Source: a bacterium
Lineage (GTDB): Bacteria; Patescibacteriota; Minisyncoccia; Portnoybacterales; GWB1-42-6
Direction: 5' to 3'
Assembly: GCA_043800535.1 (NCBI GenBank)
Contig: JAZDMV010000023.1
Coordinates: 111,186-175,185 of the forward strand
Length of the DNA stretch: 64,000 nucleotides
A model generated the notes under the pieces. That model saw only the letters and a program-made list of their open reading frames with translations, did not search any database and had not been told where the DNA came from. The position numbers and the translations under genes are program-made. Shown here piece by piece: positions 20,384-30,695 of this stretch. Numbering within the stretch: position 1 is the stretch's first letter; the number at the start of each line of letters is the position of its first letter.

Positions 20384-21072
20384 TTCTTAAACCTATATTT
20401 TAACAGAGTGACTACTGCCTTAAACGCGTCGCGCCAGCCGATTTTTTTCCCTTCGTTTTTATGACGTGGTGAATAACTTATCGGCACCTCATAAATAGGG
20501 ATTTTTCTTTTAGCGACCTTGGCCGTCACCTCGGGACAGAATTCAAAACGCTGGCATTCCAGGTTTATGCTTTTGAGTAGCTCTGTTTTAAACATCTTAT
20601 AGCAGGTCGGCTCGTCCGTGATTTTTATTCCGTACAATAAATTCGTCACCCAGGTCAAAAATATCCCGCCCAAAGCAAAAATATGACCAGAATGACGCCG
20701 CTTAAAGTAGCTGTGATGAAGGCGCCGCGAGCCGTAAACCACTTTCACCTGCACTTCTTTGGCCTTTCCAACCAATAATTTCAAATCATTCGGGTCATAT
20801 TCCAGGTCCGCATCCTGTATCACTACCCAGTCGCCGCTCGCGTTTGCAAGCCCGGTCCGAATGGCCTTCCCCTTACCATGGTTTTTTTCATGACGCAGAA
20901 CGATATATTTATCTCTATATTTTTCTAGAATTTCTCTGGTGCCGTCTGTCGAGCAATCGTCCACAATAATAATTTCTTTTTCCACTCCCAAATCAGCATT
21001 TTGGACTTTGGCCAGCAGCTCTTCAATGGTCTGCGCTTCATTGAACACTGGAATGATAATAGACAGCTTCAT
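20380..21072 (-). CDS. Glycosyltransferase family 2, polyprenyl-phosphate sugar synthase-like (DPM1/ArnC-like)
   Basis: MKLSIIIPVFNEAQTIEELL...IIVDDCSTDGT...VIQDADLEYDP. Paralog of 27070-27765. Confidence 0.8.
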   Translation of the reverse strand: MKLSIIIPVFNEAQTIEELLAKVQNADLGVEKEIIIVDDCSTDGTREILEKYRDKYIVLRHEKNHGKGKAIRTGLANASGDWVVIQDADLEYDPNDLKLLVGKAKEVQVKVVYGSRRLHHSYFKRRHSGHIFALGGIFLTWVTNLLYGIKITDEPTCYKMFKTELLKSINLECQRFEFCPEVTAKVAKRKIPIYEVPISYSPRHKNEGKKIGWRDAFKAVVTLLKYRFKK

Positions 21073-22145
21073 TATTTTAAATCTATTAAATTAAAAATTT
21101 CTAAAAGTTTGGCCACAAGTCGTTTTAAACTGTGCTCCTTGACTATAATTTCCCTCAGGCGGCGGCCGATTTCCTGGCGCTCCTGCCTATCAATACCCGC
21201 CAGCCAAAGAATTCTTTTTGCCAGTTCCTCGCTGTCTTTTTCTTTAAAAATTAATTTGTCGGCCAGATCAGGCGGGAAAATATCACAAAAAGATCGGTTA
21301 CAAACTAAAACTGGCCGTTCACAGGCCATTGCTTCGAGCGTTGTTTTATCAAAACTGCCCGTGCGCGTCAGATTAATAAAAATGTCGTTTTTGTTATAAA
21401 ACTTCAGTGTTTCTCTGTTACTGACTTTCCCCCAAAATTTTACCACTTCAGATAATCCGAGCTCCTCTACCAAATTTTTTATACCGTCAGAATATTTTTC
21501 GTCGGCAGGAGTCGGCGCACCGACGATAGTTAAATAAATGCCGCCGCTCTGCTGTCTGGCAAGACCGACGGCTCGAATCAAAGTTTCCAAATCCTTAACC
21601 GGCGAAATTCGGCCCAAAAACAGAAAATTTATTTGACCTCCAAAAACGTAATCACTCAGATCTCTGAAGTATTCAGTGTCTATTCCCTGGCCGACGACCA
21701 TTAGCTTGACGGATTTTAGCTTACAGGCAAAGCTGGTTGAGGTGACAACGCGGTGCGATAAAAGCGCGGCTAATTTTATCCGCCAGTCAATAAGATAATG
21801 GGCATACCAAAGAATGACCTTTTTGCCCAAAAGCCGCCACAAAAGACCGCCGAACAACACGTATTCACAGTTCATATGGACAAAAATATAGTCATATTGC
21901 CTCCGCTCGCGCCAGATATGTTTGTAAAAGTTGAATATATATTTTAGACGCGACGCACCTTTCTCTTTGCCAAGCGAAAGAACCTTAACGTTTTGCGGCA
22001 GATCATAGCTTCCGGCACCAAGACAAATTGCTGTCACCTGCTCGCAACGGTTAGCAAACTCTTTTACCCAGCCATGCATAAAACCAAGCAGGTCGTCATT
22101 TTGGTCAATTTTTTGCGTTAAAATAAGAATTCTCATTTTAAACAA
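21072..22145 (-). CDS. Glycosyltransferase family 4
   Basis: GT-B C-terminal domain with FDKTTLEAMACERPVLV. Confidence 0.75.
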   Translation of the reverse strand: MFKMRILILTQKIDQNDDLLGFMHGWVKEFANRCEQVTAICLGAGSYDLPQNVKVLSLGKEKGASRLKYIFNFYKHIWRERRQYDYIFVHMNCEYVLFGGLLWRLLGKKVILWYAHYLIDWRIKLAALLSHRVVTSTSFACKLKSVKLMVVGQGIDTEYFRDLSDYVFGGQINFLFLGRISPVKDLETLIRAVGLARQQSGGIYLTIVGAPTPADEKYSDGIKNLVEELGLSEVVKFWGKVSNRETLKFYNKNDIFINLTRTGSFDKTTLEAMACERPVLVCNRSFCDIFPPDLADKLIFKEKDSEELAKRILWLAGIDRQERQEIGRRLREIIVKEHSLKRLVAKLLEIFNLIDLK

Positions 22146-23266
22146 AACTCCCAGGAGTTTTTATATTTAGCAAAATACTCTTCCTTCGTCATCAGAAAGT
22201 CTTTTATTTTTAAACCTGACTCTTTAAATTTTTGGATCAGCGCCGGCTCGCTTATGATTCTTTCAATCGTCTCGCAAACCGCCGCCCTGTCATTGACCGG
22301 CACGACAAGGCCGTTTTCATTATTCACTACGACCTCGCCCGCGCAACCGACATCTGTCATCAAAACCGGACAGCCAGCTGCCATGGCTTCTGGCACGCTC
22401 ATCCCCCAACCCTCATAGTTAGAAGCCAGCAGGAATAGATCCGCGCTTTTATAATATGAAGCTAGATCATCTGCCCGGGGCTCGAAAACAACAGAATCAG
22501 CCAACTTTAAATTTCTAACTTTTGACTTTAAACTTTCTTCCTCGTCGCCCGAGCCGACTACTATCAGACCGGCTTTTGGATATTTTTTTATAATATCTAA
22601 CATCGCTTCAATCGCCAGTCCAATATTTTTTTCACGGCTTAAGCGGGAAGCCATCAATATTAAAAAATCAAACTGCGGATACTTTTCTTTTAAGCTCGCG
22701 CCAGGCAAGGACGCCTGAATTTTCCCAACATCAACAAAGATCGGCAGAACAAAAATTTTTTCTTCGACCACGCCAAGAGCTATTAACGACATTTTTATCC
22801 TCTCGCTGACCACCCGAAAACCGTCGGCTCGGCGGATTAAAAACTTGCCCAGCCGCACCCGAAGCTTATTAGCCAAGGATTCGCGCCAAAAATATGGGCT
22901 CAAAAAATCAGTGTGTACCTGTAATTGCAGTCTGGTTCTATTTTTTCTGGCAATAAACCATCCTGCCAATCCCGTTTCAAACGGATCTTGCGTGAATATA
23001 AGATCGATTTTATGCTCTTTTAATATCTTACGGCTGATCTTAAAAGTATCAAAATAGTATGAAAGGCGGCTCGCGGAATTAGTCGGATAAATAAAAAGCT
23101 TGTTCTCAAAAACAATCGGCTCTTCTTTGTTTCTTGTCCATACAATAACAAAAATCTTATCAACCAGCTGGCTGTATTCTTTCAATCTTTCCAGGCTCTT
23201 TGAGCCAGGCGAGAAAATCGCTTTATCCAGATTTATTACAAGAATGTTCATCTTACTGTTTTTCAA
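22133..23266 (-). CDS. Glycosyltransferase family 4
   Basis: YEGWGMSVPEAMAAGCPVLMTDVGCAGEVV contains the E-x7-E-like GT4 motif. Confidence 0.8.
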   Translation of the reverse strand: MKNSKMNILVINLDKAIFSPGSKSLERLKEYSQLVDKIFVIVWTRNKEEPIVFENKLFIYPTNSASRLSYYFDTFKISRKILKEHKIDLIFTQDPFETGLAGWFIARKNRTRLQLQVHTDFLSPYFWRESLANKLRVRLGKFLIRRADGFRVVSERIKMSLIALGVVEEKIFVLPIFVDVGKIQASLPGASLKEKYPQFDFLILMASRLSREKNIGLAIEAMLDIIKKYPKAGLIVVGSGDEEESLKSKVRNLKLADSVVFEPRADDLASYYKSADLFLLASNYEGWGMSVPEAMAAGCPVLMTDVGCAGEVVVNNENGLVVPVNDRAAVCETIERIISEPALIQKFKESGLKIKDFLMTKEEYFAKYKNSWEFCLK

Positions 23267-23969
23267 AAATGCAGACGAGCGACTGGCCGAGTTTTTTAAA
23301 AATCGGAAGTCGGCAAAAAAAATTATCTAAAGCGTGAATAAATTTATTAGAAAACCAAAATTTCGGGATCCCCAAATAATGCAAAGGCGGCCAAAGGGTG
23401 CTGGCACGGCTTTTGACAAGGCGAAAGCCACCGTTTTCCAAAATCCTCTGCCATTTTTTAAGATCATAGGGGTATTGATGGGCGTCCGGGTCCCAGCCCG
23501 TCTTCTTGACGGTTTTCCCTTTTCGTCTCAGAACTTTACGTCCAACAAACCTGAAAAAATTCTCCCATTTGTCGTGCATCGCCGGGAAAGTGACCAAAAC
23601 CCGGCCGCCGTCCTTAAGCAGGCGCCATAGCTCTTTTACCACGCTTTCCGGGTGTTCTACATGCTCAATTATATCAATCGCTATGGCTTTATCAAATTTT
23701 TCATCAAGCGGAATTTTTTCAACGTTAGCACGAAGCGACTGCCAGTTTTGAATACCGTTTGCCTCGGCCAATTGACGCGCCACCAAAAGCCGATCTTCAT
23801 TTATGTCCACGCCCGTCATTTTTTTAAAATTCCCTTTGTATATGACCGCCTGCACGCCGTCGCCGCAGCCGATATTCAATACTAAATCCTCTTTTGAGAA
23901 CGGAAAAAATTCTGGATAGATGATGCCGGATAACAATTTTCCGCGGTTAAAATTAATTTCCTCTGACAT
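23253..23969 (-). CDS. Class I SAM-dependent methyltransferase
   Basis: Motif I VLNIGCGDGVQA. TGVDINE follows. 238 aa. Confidence 0.7.
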   Translation of the reverse strand: MSEEINFNRGKLLSGIIYPEFFPFSKEDLVLNIGCGDGVQAVIYKGNFKKMTGVDINEDRLLVARQLAEANGIQNWQSLRANVEKIPLDEKFDKAIAIDIIEHVEHPESVVKELWRLLKDGGRVLVTFPAMHDKWENFFRFVGRKVLRRKGKTVKKTGWDPDAHQYPYDLKKWQRILENGGFRLVKSRASTLWPPLHYLGIPKFWFSNKFIHALDNFFCRLPIFKKLGQSLVCIFEKQ

Positions 23970-23972
23970 AAA

Positions 23973-25403
23973 TTATTTTTTTGATTTAACTAAACTGTAT
24001 GTTCGCCGCAAGAACTTACCCAACCAGTTTTTTTCCTCAATCGCCAGCCCGGCCAAAAATTCAATAAAATAAATATCCAGCGGCAGGGCAAAAAATCTGT
24101 GTCTGATCCTAAATTCAAACCATCTGTTTGCCGGCCCCAGTTTGAATTTCAGCAATTTAAAACACTCCCTTATCCGCCAGACGTATCCGCCATCAACCCA
24201 GGGCGAAGCAAAATCCTTTCTGAACCTATCAATCCTGCCCCAATCCTCGGTCCGCTCCGGCGGTCTGAACCCTTTTTCTTTCGCAAGCTCGTACATGGTC
24301 GAGCCGGGATACGGCATATAGGCGCCGAGAGTAAAAGCGGCTCTGGGATGAATTTTGTAGATCGTATAAAGCAGGTCTATGGTTGACTCAAATTCTTCTT
24401 TCGTTTCCGTCGGCAAACCCACAATTGCCGAATAACTGGCTGGCACGTCATATTTGGCCAGCGACCTGACCGCTGAAATAATTCTTTCTACGGTTATTCT
24501 TTTATTGATCATCTCAAGAATCCTGTCGCTGCCTGACTCAACGCCTATCAAAAGGTCAAAAACGCGTAACTCTTTAAGCCGTCTCGCTAATTCGTCATCG
24601 ATCATATCAATCCGCACTTCAAGATGCGCCGGCAAATTTATTTTTTCCAGGATCTCAAGCGCCCTTGCCTTATCAACGAAAAAATTGTCGTCGTAAAACT
24701 TAATGGCATCAATATGGTATTTTTGCTTCAAGAATTCTATATCCTTGGCCACCATATCAGACGACCAGGCGCGCCAACGATTTTGGTTAAAGATCTTATT
24801 GTAACAAAACCCGCAGCTAAAAGGGCAACCGCGGCTTGCTTTGTAAGCAACAACTCTTTTGTATCTGTCCAGCCTATAAACATATTTCTCCATATCCAGC
24901 AGCGAAAAATCCAATGGCCAATCGTCCAAATTTTTAATCAAGGGCCTTGAATCACCAAGATGCGCCTGACCATCTTTTTTGTAGCCGAGGCCAAGAACAT
25001 TATCAAATGCCTCGCCCTGGCTTAATTTTTGTGAAAATTCCACAATCGTCTCTTCGCCTTCGCCTACAATTACAAAATCTATATAAGATTCCGCGAGGCA
25101 CTGTTCAGGCAAAAGAGACGGGTGAATGCCGCCCCAAACGACTTTAACCGCCAAACTCTCTTTTATTTTTTTTGACAGCTCGGCGCTGTGCTTTGTCTGG
25201 ATACCTGTCATAACAGAGATTCCCACAAAAAGAGGGTTTTTGGCCGCAATGTAAGCAGCGGTTTTTTCTATCTCTTTTTCCGTGATATTTAAAAGCTCCA
25301 CAAAAAAACCATGCTTTTTTAAAGCGCTGCCAATGGATAATATCCCAAGCGGCAGAATCTTTTCTGAATGGTCTTCTGAATAATTTATCTGGACTAAAAT
25401 AAT
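23973..25403 (-). CDS. B12-binding domain radical SAM protein
   Basis: Cluster motif GCPFSCGFC. A B12-domain-like N-terminus (LGILSIGSALKKHGFFV). The start is taken at the internal MIILVQ to avoid overlap with the upstream methyltransferase (the six-frame ORF reaches 25478). Confidence 0.8.
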   Translation of the reverse strand: MILVQINYSEDHSEKILPLGILSIGSALKKHGFFVELLNITEKEIEKTAAYIAAKNPLFVGISVMTGIQTKHSAELSKKIKESLAVKVVWGGIHPSLLPEQCLAESYIDFVIVGEGEETIVEFSQKLSQGEAFDNVLGLGYKKDGQAHLGDSRPLIKNLDDWPLDFSLLDMEKYVYRLDRYKRVVAYKASRGCPFSCGFCYNKIFNQNRWRAWSSDMVAKDIEFLKQKYHIDAIKFYDDNFFVDKARALEILEKINLPAHLEVRIDMIDDELARRLKELRVFDLLIGVESGSDRILEMINKRITVERIISAVRSLAKYDVPASYSAIVGLPTETKEEFESTIDLLYTIYKIHPRAAFTLGAYMPYPGSTMYELAKEKGFRPPERTEDWGRIDRFRKDFASPWVDGGYVWRIRECFKLLKFKLGPANRWFEFRIRHRFFALPLDIYFIEFLAGLAIEEKNWLGKFLRRTYSLVKSKK

Positions 25404-25407
25404 CATC

Positions 25408-25965
25408 TTATTTAAAAGCCCGCGCAAAAAGATTATAACCGAATTCAAATTTCTCAATAATAATTTTATCTTTTTCAAAACCGGCCGCCGCCAACAAGAT
25501 AGATAATGTTTCCCTGCTAAAATAATTTACGTGGCCTCTAATCTGCTCTCTCGAAACAATTCCTAATTTGAGCGAAAGAAATTCAAGCAGGCCCCGGCCG
25601 CTCAGATCTGGAGTCGTTAAAAGCAGCAACCCGCCCGGCTTTAAAATTCTTAGACATTCTTTTAAAATCTCTTCCGGTTTTCCAAGATGCTCCAGCGCCG
25701 CTAGCATTGTGATACAATCAAAATGATCGGATTCTTCAGGAATTTTTCCAAGCAGCTCAGTTTTTTTCAGAGTGATATTGCCCGTTTTCTGCTCATTGAC
25801 TTCTTTGTCATAGCCAACGCCTTCGACTATTAAATCCTTGACCTCAAAAAGAAGCTGGCCTTGAGCGCCGCAGCAAATATCGCAAACTCTTCCGGCCTTG
25901 GGAATATACTTTTTTATCTTGGCAAATCGCAGGCAGAAAAGTATCGGTTCCAAAAATGGCGTCAT
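25408..25965 (-). CDS. Class I SAM-dependent methyltransferase
   Basis: VCDICCGAQGQLL. LLLTTPD. 185 aa. Confidence 0.65.
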   Translation of the reverse strand: MTPFLEPILFCLRFAKIKKYIPKAGRVCDICCGAQGQLLFEVKDLIVEGVGYDKEVNEQKTGNITLKKTELLGKIPEESDHFDCITMLAALEHLGKPEEILKECLRILKPGGLLLLTTPDLSGRGLLEFLSLKLGIVSREQIRGHVNYFSRETLSILLAAAGFEKDKIIIEKFEFGYNLFARAFK

Positions 25966-25969
25966 TGCT

Positions 25970-27073
25970 TTAATAAGTTATCTTAAATAAGCCGTTTATC
26001 AGCAAGCGCAGCCCATCGTCGTATATTAACCAGAAATAATTGCCCGCCAGAATTATTGTAAGCAAGAGAGCATAAGCGTAAGTTTTGTGCACCCAGTTGC
26101 CCAAGTTAACCATCCCGAAGCTGGCAAAAATACAGAGCAAAAATGCAATTACGTAAAAGAGACGGGAAGAGGCGCCTATCCAGAGAAGCGGCAAAAGAGA
26201 CGGCGCAAAAAGCGCTAATAAAATTTTCTTATTCTCGTTTGCCATCTTTTTTATTTTCAAAACGCCGGCAAAAACTAAAAGCCAACCCAGCAAGAAAGTT
26301 GCGCCTAAACTTTTGGCCACTACCTGAACAAGCTGCTCTTTATACAGTTCGGCCCGACCCAACGAAAACCAGTCAAAATATGAAAAATGGAATTTAAAAT
26401 AAACAAATGCCTGCCAAGCCAGAAACACAGGCGCAAAAAACAAGCCATAAACCGCCAGATACTTTATTTTCTGCAAAAAATCTCCTTTATAAATAAAAAA
26501 CAGGCAAATGAAAAAAAACAGGATCCCGACCGCGGCATATTCTTTTGTCAAGAACCCGGCTAGGCAAATCAAGCCGTTTAAAATTATCCATTTGTATCGC
26601 GGCTCTTTCAAAAAAACCAGCGTCAAATAGATCGAAAGCGCGCAGAAAAACCAGCTTGCCAGATCCGTCATATAAGTTATGCCGTATTCCAGCATCGGAT
26701 AGCTGGCTAAAAAAAGAACCGAAGCAATAAACGCCTGCTTATCGTCGTCAAACATCAACTTCACTATTTTAAAAATGACGAAAGCTATCAAAAAATAAAA
26801 AATACTGTTCAAAAAAAGGAAAGACGCCTTAAGGCCGAACACATACGAGCTTATTGCGATAAAAAAAGGCATTAATGGTTTAAGCAGGCGCTGGGCCACG
26901 GGCGCTGCCTCCCCCCTAAAATATTGGGCTGTCATGGCATAGCCTTCTGAATCAGAGCTGAAAGGAGCGGTAAATTTCAACAAAAAAACATTTATAATAA
27001 AAATATTAAGCAGGGCAAAGATCGCCAGGCCGACAAAATAACTCCGCGGAATTTTTGAATCCAAAACGTTCAT
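25970..27073 (-). CDS. Polytopic integral membrane protein of unknown function (possible GT-C-like transferase or polymerase)
   Basis: 367 aa, about 10 hydrophobic helices and no soluble domain recognised. It sits between a GT2 gene and a methyltransferase gene. Confidence 0.4.
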   Translation of the reverse strand: MNVLDSKIPRSYFVGLAIFALLNIFIINVFLLKFTAPFSSDSEGYAMTAQYFRGEAAPVAQRLLKPLMPFFIAISSYVFGLKASFLFLNSIFYFLIAFVIFKIVKLMFDDDKQAFIASVLFLASYPMLEYGITYMTDLASWFFCALSIYLTLVFLKEPRYKWIILNGLICLAGFLTKEYAAVGILFFFICLFFIYKGDFLQKIKYLAVYGLFFAPVFLAWQAFVYFKFHFSYFDWFSLGRAELYKEQLVQVVAKSLGATFLLGWLLVFAGVLKIKKMANENKKILLALFAPSLLPLLWIGASSRLFYVIAFLLCIFASFGMVNLGNWVHKTYAYALLLTIILAGNYFWLIYDDGLRLLINGLFKITY

Positions 27074-27765
27074 CGCAGTAAATTAAATCTTATGATATGC
27101 CAAAAAGTGGCCAGGCCGTCTTTCCAATTGATTTTTTTGCCCTCCTGGTATGTCCTGCCTGAATACGAAATGCCAATTTCGTAAATTCTGAATTTGCCCT
27201 TGGCAAAACGTGCCGTCAACTCCGGCTCAATGCCAAAGCGCCTTGACTTAAGTTTTGGCAGAATTTTATCCAGAACTTCCTTGGTAAAACATTTATAGCA
27301 GGTTTCCATGTCCGTTAACGTCAAATTCGTCAGCATATTTGAAAAGAATGTCAGCAACTTATTGCCCAAATAATGCCAAAAGAACAGAACCCGATGAGGA
27401 TTGGCCGTCAGCATGCGCGAACCATAAACAACATCTGCTTTGCCTTTAAGAATCGGTTCGAGCATTGTCGGATATTCGGCCGGGTCATATTCAAGGTCCG
27501 CGTCTTGGATGATAATAATGTCTCCTGAGGCCTGCAAAAAGCCGCTGCGCAGTGCCGCTCCCTTGCCGTAATTTTTGTCGTGAAAAATAATTTTATAATT
27601 ACCCTGCAACGCCTTAAGAATTTCCCGCGTGCCGTCATCTGAAAAATCATCCACCAAAATTATTTCTTTTGCCAGGTTTTCGGCCGGGCTTTTTTCTACG
27701 CGCCTGACAATTTCGCGGATCGTATTTTTTTCGTTATAAACAGGGATAACAATAGAAAGTTTCAT
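27070..27765 (-). CDS. Glycosyltransferase family 2, polyprenyl-phosphate sugar synthase-like (DPM1/ArnC-like)
   Basis: MKLSIVIPVYNEKNTIREIV...ILVDDFSDDGT...IIQDADLEYDP. Confidence 0.8.
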   Translation of the reverse strand: MKLSIVIPVYNEKNTIREIVRRVEKSPAENLAKEIILVDDFSDDGTREILKALQGNYKIIFHDKNYGKGAALRSGFLQASGDIIIIQDADLEYDPAEYPTMLEPILKGKADVVYGSRMLTANPHRVLFFWHYLGNKLLTFFSNMLTNLTLTDMETCYKCFTKEVLDKILPKLKSRRFGIEPELTARFAKGKFRIYEIGISYSGRTYQEGKKINWKDGLATFWHIIRFNLLR

Positions 27766-27774
27766 AATTTATAA

Positions 27775-29226
27775 TTAAGCAGTCCTCTTTTTAAAAAAGA
27801 AGGAGAGCAGCGCCAATCCTCCGCTTAGCATAATTCTTATATCGCCCAGCGACCTTATGCCAAAAATCTTTTTTAGGATATATTTTGGCCGGAAATAAAA
27901 ACTACGATACATTATCTGATACAGCCCGGATATCTCATTCTCGGTCAGATTTTCCAGACGCATGACGGGCTTGGCCAAAGTATAATCATCCCAGTCATAA
28001 GTCAGAAGTAATTTCCGTTCGTGGGCCCATTTAAACATTTCGGTGCCGGGAAAAGGGGTAGTTATATTTACAATCAACAGATCAGGATTTATTCTGTTCA
28101 CGAATTTGATATTCTTTTTTATAACCTCAAGATCGTCACCCGGATTTCCCACCATAAAAGCGAGGCGGCATTCAATCCCCGCTTTTTTTGTCCAGGAAAC
28201 AGCATTTATTACCTGCTCAAGATTTATTTTCTTATTGATATTTTTCAAAACTGTTTCATCGATATTTTCCACGCCATACATTATCTGATGACAACCGGCT
28301 TGTTTCATTTTTGCCAGCATTTCTTCGTCAACGAAATCCACCCGCGCAAAACACGTCCAGGTTAGGTCTATTTTATTTTTGAGCAACAAATCGCAAAGTT
28401 TAATTACGTTATCTTTGAAGACAGTAAAGGTGTCGTCATAAAACAAAATTTCCTTAATGCCATAGTTGCCAATCAAAAATTCTATTTCCTTAAAAATCGC
28501 CTCAGCGGACTTAAAAACCATCTGTTCGCCGAGGGTCTTTGAGCAAAAAGTACACCTGCCCGGACAGCCACGCGAAGTCATCATGCTCATTGCCGGCAGG
28601 CGTTTATATGAGCCCTTGGCAGGCCGGTATTTTTCAACAGGCAAAAGGTCATAAGCCGGCATGGGCAACGAATCCAAATCCGTAATGCGTTCTCTTGGTT
28701 TGTTTTTTATTATTTTTACTCCGCCAGGCAAATTCTTTTTAAAAACGATCCCATCTATTTCTTCTAAATTTTTCCCGGCTACAAGCTCCCCTGCCGTTAT
28801 CTCACCTTCGCCTACAACCACGACGTCAATAAATTCTTTGGCAATTACTTCGCCAACCACAAAGGTTGGATGCACTCCGCCAAAAACAATCAACGCTTCA
28901 GGGTATAATCTCTTGCATATTTGCGAGATCTCGTACGCTTTTTTTATTGTGCCCGTCACGGCCGTTATCCCGATTACTTTTATTTTATCAAATTTTTCGC
29001 TGAAGTTCTGCCGGAAATACTGTTCAAAAGCGTCAACCGACGGACAGAATATGTCGCAATCAAGGATCCGGACAGAGTGGCTTTTACTGCGCACATAGCC
29101 CGCTATGGAAGCCAGGCCGAGCGGCGGAAAATTTGAATTTATTCGCTTCCAGATGTTTTCGTCGTCCTTATAAAACATGGGTGGCGAGATCAGGAGGCAA
29201 TCCAACTGTCTGTTTTTTTCTTCCAT
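27775..29226 (-). CDS. B12-binding domain radical SAM protein
   Basis: GCPGRCTFC. The N-terminal B12-binding region LGLASIAGYVRSKSHSVRILDC. Confidence 0.85.
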   Translation of the reverse strand: MEEKNRQLDCLLISPPMFYKDDENIWKRINSNFPPLGLASIAGYVRSKSHSVRILDCDIFCPSVDAFEQYFRQNFSEKFDKIKVIGITAVTGTIKKAYEISQICKRLYPEALIVFGGVHPTFVVGEVIAKEFIDVVVVGEGEITAGELVAGKNLEEIDGIVFKKNLPGGVKIIKNKPRERITDLDSLPMPAYDLLPVEKYRPAKGSYKRLPAMSMMTSRGCPGRCTFCSKTLGEQMVFKSAEAIFKEIEFLIGNYGIKEILFYDDTFTVFKDNVIKLCDLLLKNKIDLTWTCFARVDFVDEEMLAKMKQAGCHQIMYGVENIDETVLKNINKKINLEQVINAVSWTKKAGIECRLAFMVGNPGDDLEVIKKNIKFVNRINPDLLIVNITTPFPGTEMFKWAHERKLLLTYDWDDYTLAKPVMRLENLTENEISGLYQIMYRSFYFRPKYILKKIFGIRSLGDIRIMLSGGLALLSFFFKKRTA

Positions 29227-29228
29227 AA

Positions 29229-30695
29229 TTAAGCGTTTGTAATGAATCTTTTTGCGAATTTGTACTCAACCGGCCATTTAAAAAATCTTAACTTCCAGCG
29301 CAATTTGCAGATAAGTGAAAATCCTAACTTCAGAATTTTTGAACTTTGCACCGTTGAACTCATGGCGCTCGCTAGGCTATGGGCACCAAATCTTGTATAG
29401 GCCTCAAGCGAATCAACCAGATCCGGGTTAGCAACCCAGGGAAAGTGATATGGCGTCAGATAATTCATTTCGTTTTCCACCGCTTCGGCCCAGGCCTTAA
29501 GGCCGCTAGGCGCCTGCCAGCCAGAAGCCAGACATTCCTCATAAAGAGTTGAGCCAGGATACGGCCTGAACGCCTGCGGCCCCAAAATCTGGATCTTCGG
29601 GCTTAGCCGCACCAACTCATCAATTAAACTTATTGTCTGCCGAATATCGTCTTTGGTTTCACCTGGCAGGCCGACCATAAACGAATACTGCGGGATAATA
29701 TCGTGTTTAAGACATTTTCGCGCTGAACCAAGAATTTCCTCACGAGTGATATCTTTATCTATTTTTTTTAGCATTCTTGCCGAGCCGGATTCCGCGCCAA
29801 AAGACAAAAGATAGCAACCGCTGATGCGAAGTTTTGCCAAAAAATCATCCGTCATTTCCGGCCGCGAAAAATAATCCGCCCGAATGGTCGTCTCCCAAGG
29901 AATAGCCAAATTTTCGTTTATCATTCCATCTATAATTTCTTCAACGCGCTTAATGTCAACAAAAAAATTCTCGTCCCAGAAGCGCAATTTCTTGACCGAA
30001 AACTCGGGCTTTGATCTTATGATCTGCAGATCCTGTAAAACAGCTTCTGGCTTTCTCATGCGCCAGCGATTTTTGGTTATCGCGTTGATGCAAAAAGCGC
30101 ATCTATGGGGACAGCCCCGCGAGGTATGCGTTGGCACAAGTTCCAGGCGCTCCAAAACTTCTCCCGGCATCAAGTCCCAATTTGGCAGAGGGATTTGGTC
30201 CATCATCAAAAGTTCTCTTTTTTCGTTAATAAAAATTTTATCATTATCTTTCCAGCCAAGCCCCTTAATTTTTGAAAAATCCTGATGTCTCACGTCTTCC
30301 AGCATAGAAAGCAATTCCCAGAGCGTTTCTTCACCTTCATTTAAAATGACAAAATCAACCAGATTGCTTTTGAGCATCTCTTCGGGGAAAAAAGTGGCGT
30401 GCGGCCCGCCCCAGATCAGTCTTATGCGCGAGCCGGCCTGCCGCACCCGCCAGGCAATTTGCATAGCTGAAGGAATCTGCGTCGTCATGACAGATAAACC
30501 GACATAACTGGCAGAAGACAATTCCTCGTCCAGAATTTTTGACCAGTTTTCCTGCCGCGCGCAGTCAATAATTTTTACCGGCACGCCTTTTTTATAAAGA
30601 TAAGAAGCCAGACATAAAAGCCCAACAGATAAGCTCGTATCATATTTTGACTTGACGATATTAAAAGATGGATTGATAAGAATTAATTTTCTCAT
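29229..30695 (-). CDS. B12-binding domain radical SAM protein
   Basis: GCPHRCAFC. N-terminal VGLLCLASYLYKKGVPVKIIDC. Confidence 0.85.
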   Translation of the reverse strand: MRKLILINPSFNIVKSKYDTSLSVGLLCLASYLYKKGVPVKIIDCARQENWSKILDEELSSASYVGLSVMTTQIPSAMQIAWRVRQAGSRIRLIWGGPHATFFPEEMLKSNLVDFVILNEGEETLWELLSMLEDVRHQDFSKIKGLGWKDNDKIFINEKRELLMMDQIPLPNWDLMPGEVLERLELVPTHTSRGCPHRCAFCINAITKNRWRMRKPEAVLQDLQIIRSKPEFSVKKLRFWDENFFVDIKRVEEIIDGMINENLAIPWETTIRADYFSRPEMTDDFLAKLRISGCYLLSFGAESGSARMLKKIDKDITREEILGSARKCLKHDIIPQYSFMVGLPGETKDDIRQTISLIDELVRLSPKIQILGPQAFRPYPGSTLYEECLASGWQAPSGLKAWAEAVENEMNYLTPYHFPWVANPDLVDSLEAYTRFGAHSLASAMSSTVQSSKILKLGFSLICKLRWKLRFFKWPVEYKFAKRFITNA

